A stretch of DNA of 64,000 bases from Prorocentrum cordatum. Lineage: Eukaryota. The notes below the pieces were generated by a model, which did not search any database, was not told the DNA's origin, and saw only the letters and a list, made by a program, of their open reading frames with translations. Position 1 is the first letter of the stretch. Each line of letters opens with the position of its first letter. The position numbers were made by a program, and so were the translations under genes. Where the stretch lies: positions 496,001 to 560,000 of the forward strand of contig CAUYUJ010000126.1 of assembly GCA_963575745.1 (NCBI GenBank). Reading direction: 5' to 3'. Below, piece by piece: positions 38,401-50,350 of this stretch.

Positions 38401-39250
38401 ATAAAGATCAGGAAGGCCATCTGCACTTTCAAGCTGAAAACGGCGAGTGAAACAACGTGTATTACTCCACTGACGCTTGACGATCTTTCGGATGAGGCGC
38501 TGGTGGTCCTCGGAGCGCTCTTCGAGAAGTGCGAGGAGCTCGGCAGCTGGCCCCAGAACAGGCTGGTGCGTGAGCTTTCCCGGCTGCCCAAGCCTGGAGG
38601 GTGCCGAGCTGATAGGCCTCCTCGACGCGCCCGTTTGCGAGTCTGGTCACGGGCTCGCAGGCCAGAGAGCAAGGCCCGGGAGAAGACGCGCGCGTCCAAG
38701 CAGGTTTGGGGACTGGGCGCTGGGCGAAGCAGTTCGGACTGCGCACTCGACCACAACACCCAATCGGAGATCGCGAAGCACGACTGGGGAACGGCCATCA
38801 CCTTGGTCATCGACCTCTGGAAGCGCCTCGAAGCGGTCGCACCGGATGCGGCAAGCGTGGATGCTGCTACAGTCGGGGGCGCGCAAACATGGATCGGGGG
38901 AGGTGCCCTCCCCAAAATGCGGCCGGTGCCGCCTCGTTCGGCGGCGGAAGTCCGCGATTTCCCATGGAAACGGGACTCGTCGCTGATCCACGCCCCCAAT
39001 GATCCATGTTCGCGATCGCCTGCTACAGTGCTTCGCGCAGCCACGAATCCTCAGAGCTTTCAACGGCGAATCCCACGAGGTGGTCAGCCATCAGGGCGCG
39101 ATCGCTGGGCGCTCGCACGCGACCACGGTGCTCGGCGTGCTGCTCGCCAGGGAGCTTCGCAGGGCGGCGGAGCCGCGGCGCCTGTCGCCCCGCGGCCGCT
39201 GGTGGCTGACGTCACGCTGCAGTGGCTGGGCAAACCTGGACCACTCCAGC
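35379..39250 (+). mobile_element. old decayed LINE (ORF1, APE, partial RT), 3'-truncated
   Basis: APE remnants QIVAAHEH, LLTGEG, WVLMRNFQM, IDYFLMS, WPHSP; RT remnants CEELGSWP, RLPKPGG, RVWSRAR, IDLWKRLE, GAIAGRSHATT, LVADVTL. Confidence 0.8.
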
Positions 39251-40429
39251 GAGGCCGACAATATGCCCCCCAAGAGAAGAGGACACAATGCGGCCCCCCC
39301 CCAAGGGCACCCTAAATGCCCCAGGAGGCCCCTGGGACTGCCAAGAGACCCCGGATACACCCCAAGAGGCTACCAAAAAGCTTTCGGATGACATCCGAAG
39401 AGACTGCGAGATGCATACAAGATGCGGCTTGCCTCTCTGTTCGCCCCCGCATCCTCATCCGCATCTGCCTCCTCCTGCCTCCCCCTTCCGTCTCCTCCTC
39501 TTTTTTTGGCCGTCCACGGCTACGCCTCAGGAATGATCTGAACCAGTCAGAGCGAGACACCCCTGCCAGGAAGACAAAAGAACTCAATCCGAATCGCTCG
39601 AAAACCGAGACGGCGGACACAACGGGGGAGCCTCGTCATCTACGCGAGCGGGCCCCCTCCTGACCTCCTGGAGCGCTCCGCTCCTGCAGGGCCCTGAAAA
39701 CAGGAACCGAGCCGCCTCCCCCTCCCCCTCCTCCCCCCGCTCCTCCGAAGCAGCGAGGGCCCCGCCTTGCGGGGCACGCTGGACAGGGGCCCGCGCGCCA
39801 CCTGAACCGGCCCCTGCTCGCGGGGGCACGTCGGGCGGATGGGGGCGGGAGGGGGGGCTCGATGGGAGGGAGATCCGAGGCGAGCCGACCGGGGGAGGCC
39901 GAGACAGGCAGACTGCACGCTGTCTCAACCACGACCTGTGGCTTGTCAGGGCGGCTGCCCTTCTGAATCACCGTCCCATTTCTGTGGCCCGTTATAGTGG
40001 GCGGTTGGCAAGACTGGCCCAGCTTCTCGACTTGGGCCCCAGAACCATAACACCTGCAGTGCAAGCACGTAAACACGAACAAATTGTCAGAACATGCGGG
40101 GGCCATGACCTCATGTCCTAACCTGTCAAGCACCGCCAAGTCCAGCCTGGAGTGGCCCCTGCATCCCCCAGGCTCAGGCTTGGACTGGACAGAGAGCCCT
40201 GAAGGCACACTCTGCATCTCCAGACATTGCCGATGAGCTCCCATTGGTGCTGCAGCCGAGAGACGGCAGGAGCAGGAGGAGGAGGAACCCGCTCCACCCC
40301 AAGAAACTCCACCCGAGGCCAAAGGGGGAGGAGAGCAGCACCAAGAGCCATCACAGCCTTGGAAACTTTAATTTTCCAGTCGGGCTCCCTTGAGAGCTGA
40401 GGGTCAAAAGGGGTGTGGCGGGCTACCGC

Positions 40430-40870
40430 TCGCTTGGCTCCAGCATCAACTAGCTCGTTGCCCCTCCTCAGAAACCTCTCCTCAGGGGATAAACCATCCC
40501 CTCCGGGGTCGAGGTGGGCAGCGACTTTGGCCAGAGAGCGCAGCTTCCCCCTCTCCAGAGCTAGACCCCGCAACATGAGCCCAGAGTAAACCCTCTTGGG
40601 AAACTTGCAAACATCGAGGCCCCAGGGAGTACTGCTTAACAACGTTTGCACAATCGCTATAGGCGTCAGCCCGACCTCCAACACAGACACCGACACCGCA
40701 GAAGGCATAATACTCAGCGGCCTGGGGTGACTGAGCATACGGGGGCCGCACAGGGGCAGAAACTTCACATAGCAAATTGGCATCGGAGCCCACCATGGCA
40801 ACGCACCAAGCGCTCCTGCACAATTCTGACACAGGGTGGCGGATGCAGGAGCCATCTATAAATAGGGCCC
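40430..40870 (-). pseudogene. LINE ORF2 RNase H domain
   Basis: LFIDGSC, QSPQAAEYYA, AYSDCANVV, KVAAH, GNELVDAGAK. Confidence 0.88.
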
Positions 40871-42079
40871 CCCAGACACCTAATTCGGGAGAGGTGGGAG
40901 CGGGCCCCTGGGACCCAGGGAGGGAGACCTCAGGAACCACCCAGTGCACGAATACTTCTCCATTACTCTCAGGCCGAGGGAAATAATCGCCAGGGTGCCT
41001 AAACGCCCCGTAGATCCAGAGAGGGGGCCCGTAGTCCTCAGCCCCCGTGTCGAGCGCACAAGACAGGACTTCGGCATCAGCGATTTCTTGCCTCTCGGGC
41101 GCGCACGAAGGGCACTCCCAGATGCGGCGCCACAAAGTGTCAACCGACCCGCGGCACAACTGGCAGAGGTCGCTGATCTGGTAGCCAGCCAGCTTCGCAG
41201 AGCTGGCCGTCCAAATAGCATTGCACGCGAGAGCTCTCATACTGGAACGGTCCTTCGGGCTGGAGGGTTTCGACCTGATTTTGGACCTGGCAATGCCCCA
41301 ACAAAGTCGGCGGTCGACCCCCATCTCCCCCCCCCCGAAGACCGTTCAAGCCCCCCCCCCCCCCCCCAGCACAGCAGCGCGACACGACACCCCCACAAGC
41401 TTCGGAGACAAGAGAAGAAGCTGGAGGGCCTCACCTAGATCGTTAACAATGGTGCAGAAGTTGGGCACTTGCCACCCTAATCGGCACAATGACATTCGCA
41501 GCGCAGAGACATGACCCCCCACGTTGGCCCAAGACCAGTCACCCCTGTCGAAGGCAACCCCCCAAGCAGCACGTAAAACCGAGAAGGGGAGGGCACCGTC
41601 AAAAGCACGCGTTTGAACGAGCCATAACTCTTTGCACCAACGAATGATGGGCGCAACGCTCGCCCCCCAAGGGGGGCCACCCTCCAGGAGGGAGAGGATG
41701 GCGAGAGAACGATGCTGAGACTTGGGGGAGATCGCGGCCATGCCCTTGCTCCTAAGCGCGCGAAGTTCACGGCCCGAGACGCCCCGTATTTCGAACCCGA
41801 AAGAAACGCCCGCCAGCGGGCCAGAGGCGAAGATTTTTACCGAGGATATACCAAGAACTTGCTTGTGCTTATCCAGGCGCCTGCACTGTCGAAAAAACTT
41901 GGCCTGGCGAGCCTTGAGTGGGCGAGCGACGACATATGTACATGCACGCCCTGCGCGGTCTTGCCTGCACGAACGTCCGCGTTGACACGCACCCCAGAGG
42001 AAGCTAAACGCGTGCGTGTACATATGTTGTTGGCCTCTGATTGAGTTCGGACACGCTTTGCCCTTTTTGGAGCCTGGGG

Positions 42080-42950
42080 TAGCGGTGCGCAATGAGCGGC
42101 CCGCCGCGCAGTCAACACCTAGGCTCACCACCGAGGCCGAGGGCTAGCCGCACAACTCTCCCAGACGCCCCTCGAGCTGAATCGCAATGGACTCGTGGCT
42201 GCACACGCAGCCGACCTTGTCGAGGGCCAGCGTGCAGCCAAGCTCCTGGGTGACCGCCTTGTGCAAACTCACCGAGGAAGAAACGAGCGCCTCGACCACT
42301 TCGGGAACCGTGCCCGTGCGCGAGAGACATGCATCATCAATGCAGGCGTCGAAGTCTGTGCCAAAAGCCAAACCTGCACTCATATGATCGAAGGCCGCGA
42401 GGGCGAACACTCTGATGAACGATGTCGCCATAGAACAGCCTGCAACGACTCCTGACTCAACCCAGAACGGGCCTTCCATGATGCCTCCTAGACTAAGGAA
42501 CCTGCACGAACGATACGAAGACAACGCAACTCTGGCGATGACAATGAGATGCTCTCGTAGTACTTCTGAAGATCTAGAAAACCGAGCCTGCGGCGAGGCC
42601 TTTGGAGACGCCCGCCTCGGCCTTGAAACTCTGCCTCCAGACAACATCGATGTCCCCCCTGTTGGCCCCCGCCGCCCAGTAGGGCCGCGCGAAACGCTTT
42701 TCCCACTCGAGGGCGACAGGCCCCCTGGCACGGCCCCAGAGCCGATGCCACGAATCGAAAACCCCGATGGACCTAAAGCCTCCTACAGGCTTAGGCAAGA
42801 GGGCCAAAAACACTACCATCATTTGATCGGGGAGCCGACCCGTAGCTTCAACGACCAAGAGAAGCCCTCAGAGCGCGGCAAGGGCGGCATCACTCAAAAC
42901 CGATTAGTGTCTGAGGTGGAAGCCGTCCACTGAGACAGCACTCTGCTTGC
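42080..42950 (-). pseudogene. LINE ORF2 reverse transcriptase domain
   Basis: AVSVDGFH, LLPKPVGGFRSIG, FLDLQKYYESI, GVVAGCSMAT, ACIDD (YxDD), VSLGVD across several frames. Confidence 0.9.
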
Positions 42951-43879
42951 GGTAGGACTTGCTTATTTGTCTGGTGTTATCTGGGGGCAACCTGGGCAAG
43001 GGTTTGACCAACTTCACGGGCCCCACGGGGGGGCCAGCCCCGAACCCCCACCATTTCTGAAAACGCTTCCCTTCAGCAGCCAAGAGAGCCCTAGGATCAG
43101 CCACGAGGCCCCCGTTGGAGGCCAACGTAACAGTGGGGGGCCAGGGGGCAGGGTCTCTGAGGATTTGATGAGCCCCGCGGCCCCCTTTATCGAGCCCCTC
43201 TTGGATCCAGGAGCGCCATCTGGCCTTGTTTTCCTTCGCGAGCTCCTTAGCAGCACCATGGAGGAGCGGGGCGAGGACTGAAAACAGCCGATCCAACTCA
43301 GCCACAAAATCAGAGAGCGCAACCGGAATCCGAAAGATCAGATCCGCCTTTTCCTGACCAAGGCCATCGAGCGCAACGGGCAAAACGCGGGGGGGAAAGT
43401 GGCCCTAGAAGGAGCCGACGCAAACGCCAGGCACGAGAGGCCAGCCAATCGATCAGCGCAGGACGCTGCCAAGCTGGCGGCTTGGCGAAAAAACTCCAAC
43501 ATGGCTCTCCCACGCCGTGCCCGGGCACGGCGGAGGCGAGCACATGGCCGTGATGCATTGTCGTGGAACTCGATGCAACAACACTTCCGATCCCAAGGCC
43601 TGGAGCTGAGAGTTCTGCCCCTGGACCCGTAAACAGGAAGGCCATGCCCAAGAATCTTGGCTAAGTCAAATTCAGCTCTATTCGCCTAGAGGCCGTAACC
43701 TTCCGAATGCAGGGCAGCGGCCCCGTCGCCACCCCTGAAGACACTTTGTCCACCGCAGCGTTGACAAGGTCCAAAACCAGATCCCAATCAGCGCTGCACT
43801 CCCGCGGCCGAGGGCCGAAAGGGGGGTCAACAGGCAGGGGCGGCGGTCTGCGGAAGGCGAGAGCCTTTAAGAAGAGAAG

Positions 43880-44560
43880 CCTAGGGTGAAAAACCAGCGA
43901 CGCAGGACGGCGGGGCTCGAGCGTCGTGCCCAGACGAACGCTGGCCCCCCTGAGGCCCTTAGCGAGAGGGGAGGAGACAACGAAATAGTCGAACTTGGAG
44001 GGAGCACCCTGGGGGGGATAGCGGGCACAATGAGGCGTGGCAACGAGAAGCCCCCCAGCGGCTTTCGCGAAACCCATGCCTTCCAAGATATCAGGGCCAA
44101 AATGGAAATCCCCTCCGATGCTGTATTCTGCCGACTGACTGCTCACAAACTCCCCCAAGTCGCTGAGGATGCCCCCGTTGGAGGCGTCGAGCCCCACGGA
44201 GTGGTGAAGATACAGCGAGACCAGCAGCAACGCGGGGCTGTCTGGGGCGCGACGCATGCAGGCTAGGCAGCGGCCCCGAGCAATGGCCGGGGAAGGCGCA
44301 GAGTAGAGCCCAAGCCACGACCTTGCAGGAATCGCCACGCCAGCACTGTCGCCACCCTGTGGCCCTGGGACAGCCGCAAGCCAAATAGATTCCCAGCCAG
44401 CACCGAGGGCCGAGACAGAGGCAAGATCAATAGCCTCGGGATCCCTGAGTCGATCCTCTTGGCAAAGAATGATGTGTGCCGAGCAGTTCGGATCCTCCGA
44501 GAAGTCCTTCATCGTACCCCACTTGTTACAATTGATGGTCCAAACTTCCAACGCGGCACT
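43880..44560 (-). pseudogene. LINE ORF2 APE endonuclease domain
   Basis: WTINCNKW, ILCQE, SAGVAI, VSLYL, IGGDFH, FDYFVVS, PRRP in ORF 43661..44641. Confidence 0.9.
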
Positions 44561-44889
44561 GCCAGCGCCCCCTGAGCACTCCCCTGGGCCCTGGGTCCTG
44601 GAGGCCAGAGCGGGGCAGGGGGGGGGGGGTCGGCCTTGCACTCAGGTCGCAACAAAATCTTCTGCGCCTCGGGGGCCGAGGATTCCAAGACAGGGCTACA
44701 CTCCCGTTTCAGCCTCCCGCCGGTGGCAGGTGTGTAAAAACTCTTGGGAAAAGCACTGGGAAGACGCATGCAGGCGTGGACCTCCAATATAAAATTGTCG
44801 AGCTCGGCAGAACTTCGAAACAAGAGAGGCCAGGCGCCTCTCACATCCAGGAAACCACTGACCCCCTCCCTTCCCAGGGAGGGGGCATG

Positions 44890-46042
44890 GATTTGAAAGC
44901 TCAGCTGCAACCTGCACGCGAATGTCGGGCTCAGAAGGCTCAGCCTGCGAAGCTGATGCTGAAGACCCCGACGACGCCGCCCCAGCAGCCTGACCAGCGC
45001 CTTCAGCGCCCCCAGCTGCTTCGCCCCCGAGCGTAGCTGCGTCCGAGACGTTGCCGACTCCAGTCTTGCGCTTCTTGCCGAGCCTCTCGAGATGCTTGGC
45101 GCGCTGCTCCTTTGCTTCTTTGGTCTTCGCCAGGACATCTTCAAATAACGATGTGGCAGCCTCGCGAACCTTGCCAGACAACTCATCCTTGCGCTGCTGC
45201 ATCTCCTCGCGGTCTTGCTCCTCGAGCTCGTAAGCGTCATCGGCGACCTCGAGCACACCTGTGGAGATGATCTTGTCGATGGACGCCGACCCGCCCACCA
45301 GCTGCTCGAGTGTGACTTGGGCCACCGCAGCAGGAGCTGGCTCAGAAGGCACCTGCTGCTGCAGCCCCAGCACGACCATTTGTAGTTCGCATCTGCCTCA
45401 CCCAGTTCAGCGTGAAGCTCAGCCACCTTCTTGCGCTGCTCCTCGAGCTCCGCCCTCCACTTGTTGAGCTTGGCGAACTCGACCTGCAGGGCACCCTCCT
45501 TGCGACGAACAGCGGCGTGGGCTGACTGGACCTGCTGCTGGAGGGACGGAGCGGGGGCCCTCTCAGTCTTGTCCAACGAGGCCGCGATGGCACGGTACCT
45601 GGCGGCAAGCTGCTCTTCTCCACCCTTGGCGTGCAACTCGGCGAGCTGCTTGGCCTCCGTGGCGGACAGGCGAGGTACAGGGCCAGGTGGTAATGCTCCA
45701 GACTGTTCTCCAGGGAGAGAAGCTGCCAGCTTGCCTTTGCCATGCCCAGCGAGCACCGAACCCTTGCCTTTTCCCTTTTTGCCCTTGCCCTTGCGCCCAC
45801 CTTTGCCGGAGTAGTCTCCCAGCACCATGGCGCCAACCTCTTCGTCGACTGACGAGTAGCCGCGCGACCAAGCTCCAGAGGCAGGCTGTGCGGGGCGGCC
45901 TGGACTTTCGGGAGTACGGCGTGGCAGTGCTTGCACCAGTTGAAGTGAGCCAAGGTTGCGGCGACATCCGCAGTACGGGCAGGCACTCTTCGAAGGCGGG
46001 GTGCGATGCGAGGGCTCACCTCCTCCCACTTGCCGAACCCAT
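44890..46042 (-). pseudogene. LINE ORF1 (Cys4 zinc finger, GK-rich tract, coiled coil), frameshifted
   Basis: CPYCGCRRN joined by a frameshift to HFNWCKHC; GKGGRKGKGKKGKGKG; long E/K/Q/L-rich helical segment. Confidence 0.7.
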
Positions 46043-46203
46043 GGATTGTAAACCCAGCCGCCAGCACCGCACGGGTACGGGGAATGCCTGAAACGAACGT
46101 GATGGAAAGAATGTTGGGGCAAGGCCCAGTAAGAGTACCAAAAAAACTCTGAAGATCGAGGGTGGGGCCGCGAATCCCCTTATGCCAAAAACCCAGAAGT
46201 CCC

Positions 46204-46222
46204 CCTGAGCCACCGCTACGGA
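46204..46222 (-). other. relict spliced-leader copy
   Basis: TCCGTAGCGGTGGCTCAGG directly 3' of the intact leader; central CATTT replaced by GG. Confidence 0.75.
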
Positions 46223-46244
46223 CTTGAGCCAAAATGGCTACGGA
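46223..46244 (-). other. intact dinoflagellate spliced leader sequence (22 nt), retrocopied
   Basis: Reverse complement reads TCCGTAGCCATTTTGGCTCAAG, 22/22 to the DinoSL consensus. Confidence 0.97.
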
Positions 46245-47384
46245 GCTTCCGTCTCCTCCTCTCCCTCCTTCCTCCTCCTCCTCCTCCTCCTCCGCCTCCT
46301 CCTCCTCCTCCTCCTCCTCCTGCTAATCCTCATACTCCTCCTGTTTCTCCTCCTCCTCCTCCGATTCCCTCCCCCTCTATCCTCCCCCTCTTGGGGTATG
46401 ACTGGACGTCTTGCCCAGCCCTTTGTTCCACTGCGTTCTCCTCCAAGTTCATGGTCACGCCGTCTCGCCTGAGCATCGTTTCTGGATGGGTTTGCGGGGA
46501 TACGCGAAGCGTCTATGTTCTCTATGTGTCCCTCCCTTTATTTCTTGTTGTTGTTTCTCTCTCTATGTATATGTGTCGCCCTCTCTGTCTCGTTCTCTCT
46601 TTCTCTCTCTATATATGTGTATACATCGGAATCTACATGTGTATATGTATAGATATATGTTTATGTAGATGTATAGCGCTCTCGCACTCATTTGTGTTTG
46701 TTCTCTCTCTCTCTCTCTCTCTCTCTCTGCACACACATATACAGATATAAGCATGTATCGCTCTCCTCCTCTCCCGCCCTCTCTCTCTCTCTCTCTCTCT
46801 CTCCCGTCTCTTGTCTCAATTGCTTTGCGCCTGGTGTGGTTGTTTCAACACTCCCCGTACCCCAAGGTGTGAACCACCGCTAAGAAGGCGATGGCGGCCT
46901 CGGCTACAGCAGTAGCCGGCTCTCGACGAAACTCCCGTTTACTTCTCCGATCTTTCTTTCCCGCCCTCTCCTTTTTGTACTTCGCTATCTATATATATAT
47001 ATATATGTGTGTGATATGTGTGTGTGTTCCTCTATCTCTTCTCTCTCTCTCTCTCTCGTCGTCCTCCTCCTCCTCCTCCTCCTCCTCATCATCATCATCA
47101 TCATCATCATCCTCATACTTCGCCTCATCCTCCTCCTTTTCCTCCCTGCCTCCCTGCCTCCCTGCCTCCCTCCCTCCTCTCCTCCCTCATCCCTCCTCCC
47201 TCCTCCCTCCTCCCTCCCCCCTCCTCCCTCCTCCCTGCTCCCTGCTCCCTCCTCCCTCCTCCCTCCCTCCTTCCTTCTCCCCCCCCCCCTCCTCCCTCCT
47301 CACTGCTCCCCCCTTTCCTCCTCCTCCCTCCTCCCCCCCTCCTCCCCCCCCCTCCCCCCACCCGAACCAGGACCCAACCCAGGC

Positions 47385-47447
47385 CTCGGCGAGCGGCCCA
47401 CCAACCTCCGCGACAGCGGCTGCCACAGCGCCGCCGCCGCTGCCGGC
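47385..47447 (-). CDS. possible micro-exon (AGSGGGAVAAAVAEVGGPLAE)
   Basis: ccag|G acceptor, GAG|gc donor, 63 nt, phase 0. Confidence 0.4.
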
Positions 47448-47471
47448 CTGGCTACGACCGCACCCTCGTTA

Positions 47472-50350
47472 CAGTCAAAACTGACGGGAGGGATGCGCGA
47501 ACCAAGAGGCCCCATGGGGCCCCCAAGAGGCCCAAAAGAGGCGCCAGTCCAAAATCAGAAATTTTCCGAAAGTGTTTGAAAGATGTTGGCATGTGCTTCT
47601 TTTCGACATTCCGACGGCTCTAGACGGCCCAAGAGGCCCCCAAGATCGCCCACGAGGCCTCCAAGATGGCCCCATGACGGCCCAAGAGGCCCCCAAGACG
47701 GCCCCAAGAGGGCCCAAGACGCCTCCAGACGGCCAAAATAGCCTCCAAGACGGCTAAGATGGCCCCAAGATGCCTCCAAGACGGCCCAAGACGCACCCAA
47801 GACGGCCTAAGAAGGTCTCAAGATGGCCCAAGACGGCCCAAGAGGCCCCCAAGAGGCCCCCTAGAGGTCTCCAAGACGGCCCAAAAGGCGTCCAGGAGGT
47901 CTTCCAGGAGGGCACGAAGATGCCAAAATCATTGATTGTCCTTGGGTGTTTGAAGGAGATTGGCATTTGCTTCTTTTCTGCATTCCGACGGCTCAAGACG
48001 GCGCAAGAGGCCCACAAGATCGCCCAAGAGGCCTCCAAGATTGATGGCCTCATGACGGCCCAAAAGGCCCCCAAGACGGCCCCAAGAGGGCGCCATAACG
48101 GCCCCACAGGCCTCCAAGACGCCCAACATGGCCTCTAAGAACCTCTGAGATACCCCAAGAGGGCCCCAAGACGACCCAGACAGGCCCGCAAAACGGCTTC
48201 CGACGGCGTCAGATAAGCTAGGAACCCCTAAGACGGCCAAAGAGGACCCCAAGAAGCCCCCAAAGGCCCCAAAAAACCATCCAAGAGGCCCCCAGGAAGC
48301 TTCCAGGAGGCCCCAAGAGTGCCCCAAGAGGCGCCCAAGATTCTTCCTTCTCCTCCTTCTCATCCTCCTCCTCCTCCTCCTCCTCCTCCTCCTCCTCCTC
48401 CTCCTCCTCCTCCTCCTCCTCCTCTTTGTTCCTCATCCTCCCCCTCCTCCTCTTCTTGCTCCCCCACGCGTTCCCCGAAGTCTTTCCAAACGGAATCGGG
48501 GAACAACTGGCCCGATAGCTTGGCCAAGCTCTGGCCCGGCTGTCGGCCACACAGGCGCTTCCAAAGGGGCAGGGGGCGGCGGTGATTCGCCGTAGGCGTC
48601 TTTGATCCGCCGCCCCCTGTTGACTCACCCGGCGTGCTGAGTCCTTTCGCTTTTGGTTTTGGTTCTTTTTCCCCCCCCAAAAAAAAACTCCCCCTGGGGT
48701 TTCGGCCCCGCCCGCCGGGGTCCAGGGATGGCCTGGAAACGGTCGTTCCAAAAGCTTTTCATGCTCCAGATGGCTCCAAGATGGCTTACAAGAGGGCCTA
48801 TATGGGCCAAGATGGCAGGTTCGCCCAAGATGGTCCAAGATGGCCTCCAAGACGGCCAAGGAGAGTCCCAGATGCCTCCAAATTCGTACAAGAAACCTCT
48901 CAGACGGCCCAAGACGGCCCCAGAGGCCTCCAAGAGGCCTCCAAGGCAGCTCAAGAGGCCTCCAAGAGTGCCTCCACGAGAGCCCGAAGAGGTCAAACTC
49001 AACATTTTTCTTAGGTTATTGAAGGAGTTTGGCTTTCGTTATTTTCGAGCCTTCCGACGGCTCACGACGGCCAAGGAGCCCAATAAAGATCGTCCCCAGA
49101 GCGCCCAAGAGGCCTCCAAAATGGCCCTATGACGGCCCAAGAGGCCCCCAAGACGGCCCCAAGAGGGCGCCAAGACGGCTCCAAAGGCCTCCAAGACGCC
49201 CAAGAAGGTCTCCAAGACGGCCAATATGGCCGCTAAGACGGCCAAGATGGCCCCCAAGATGGGCCCGAGAGATTGCCCTAGAGGAGTCCAGGAAGGCCCG
49301 GGGGAGCCACAATCGTCAATGTTACTTGGGTTTTGAAGGATTTGTGCTTTTCCTCGGTTTTGGTGTTCCGACCGCCTGAGACGGCCCAAGGAGTCCCGAA
49401 ACTAGTCCCAGAGGCCTCCCAGATGGCTCCAGAACGGCCCAAGAGGCCTTCAAGCCAGCCCCACGAGGGCCCAAGACGGCCCAAGAGGTTTCAAAAACGG
49501 CCAAGATGGTCACAGAGATACCTGAAGACTGCCAAGATGACCTCCAAGACGACCAAGATGGCATCCAAGACGGCAGAACTATTCCCAAGAGAGCCGAAGG
49601 TGGCCTAAGAGGTGCCCAATATGCCTCCAAGACAGCCATTGACGCATCCAAGACGTCCTCTAAAATCTGTGATTGTTCTTCGGTTGTTGAAGGATGTTTG
49701 CATGTTCTGCTTTTCAGCTCTCCGACGGCCCAAGACGGCCCAAGAGACCCCCAACATCGCCCCCAGAGCGCCCAAGAGGCCTTCAAGATGGCCCCATGAC
49801 AGGCCAATAGGCCCGCAAGAGGGCCCCAACAGTACCCCAAGACGGCCCAAGAGGCCCCCAAGACGCCCAAGATGGCCTCCAAGACGGCCAAGATGACCTC
49901 CAAGATGCCTCCAAGACGGCCAAGAAGGCCTCCAAGACGGCGAAGATGGCCCCAAGATGCACCCAAGACGGCCCCGGCCCAAGACCCCTCCAAGACGTCC
50001 TCCAGTAGGCCCGAAAGCTCGGAAACCACCTGGTCCGATAGCTCGCCCGACTCCGTGTTCCCCGAAGGTTTTCGAAACTCTCTCGGGGAACGCGTGGTCC
50101 GATAGCTTGGCCAAGCTCAAACCCAACCTTCGGCCACGCAAGCGCTTCCAAAAAGGCAGGGGGCGGCGGTGATTCGCCGCAGGCGTCTTCGATAGTAAGG
50201 ATGCGCGATCGAGATGCGAGCCAATTGGACGCCCATGCCGAAGCTTCTCGAGAACGGCTAGCTATCGAGGGTGGTCAAGGATGGACCGAAGAGGCAAGGA
50301 TGCAAGGGTGCCCTTGGGAAGGTTACCCATCTCGTACATCGTTTCGACTG
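47472..50350 (+). mobile_element. CAGTC-family MITE (47472-47500 and 50191-50350) split by a CCAAGA array
   Basis: TA|cagtcaaa at the left, ttcgactg|TA at the right; MITE body resumes right after the array tail. Confidence 0.6.
47501..50193 (+). mobile_element. two-unit CCAAGA element array (47501-48606, 48607-50193)
   Basis: Same head, minisatellite and hairpin tail as 8528-12037. Confidence 0.8.

Larger units (their letters stand above)
39501..46244 (-). mobile_element. full-length LINE (leader, ORF1, APE-RT-RNase H, oligo-A), frameshifted
   Basis: Direct repeat cttccgtctcctcctct at 39485-39501 and 46246-46262; T7 at 39501-39507; domains in canonical order. Confidence 0.92.

Noticed and set aside
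39766..39813. Exon-like segment GPVQVARGPLSSVPRK
   Set aside because: Lies inside the TSD-bounded LINE; better explained as the ORF2 C-terminal region.
46223..46244. SL RNA gene
   Set aside because: The leader is followed by a relict leader and the LINE UTR, not a GT/GC donor and SL intron, and it lies inside a TSD.
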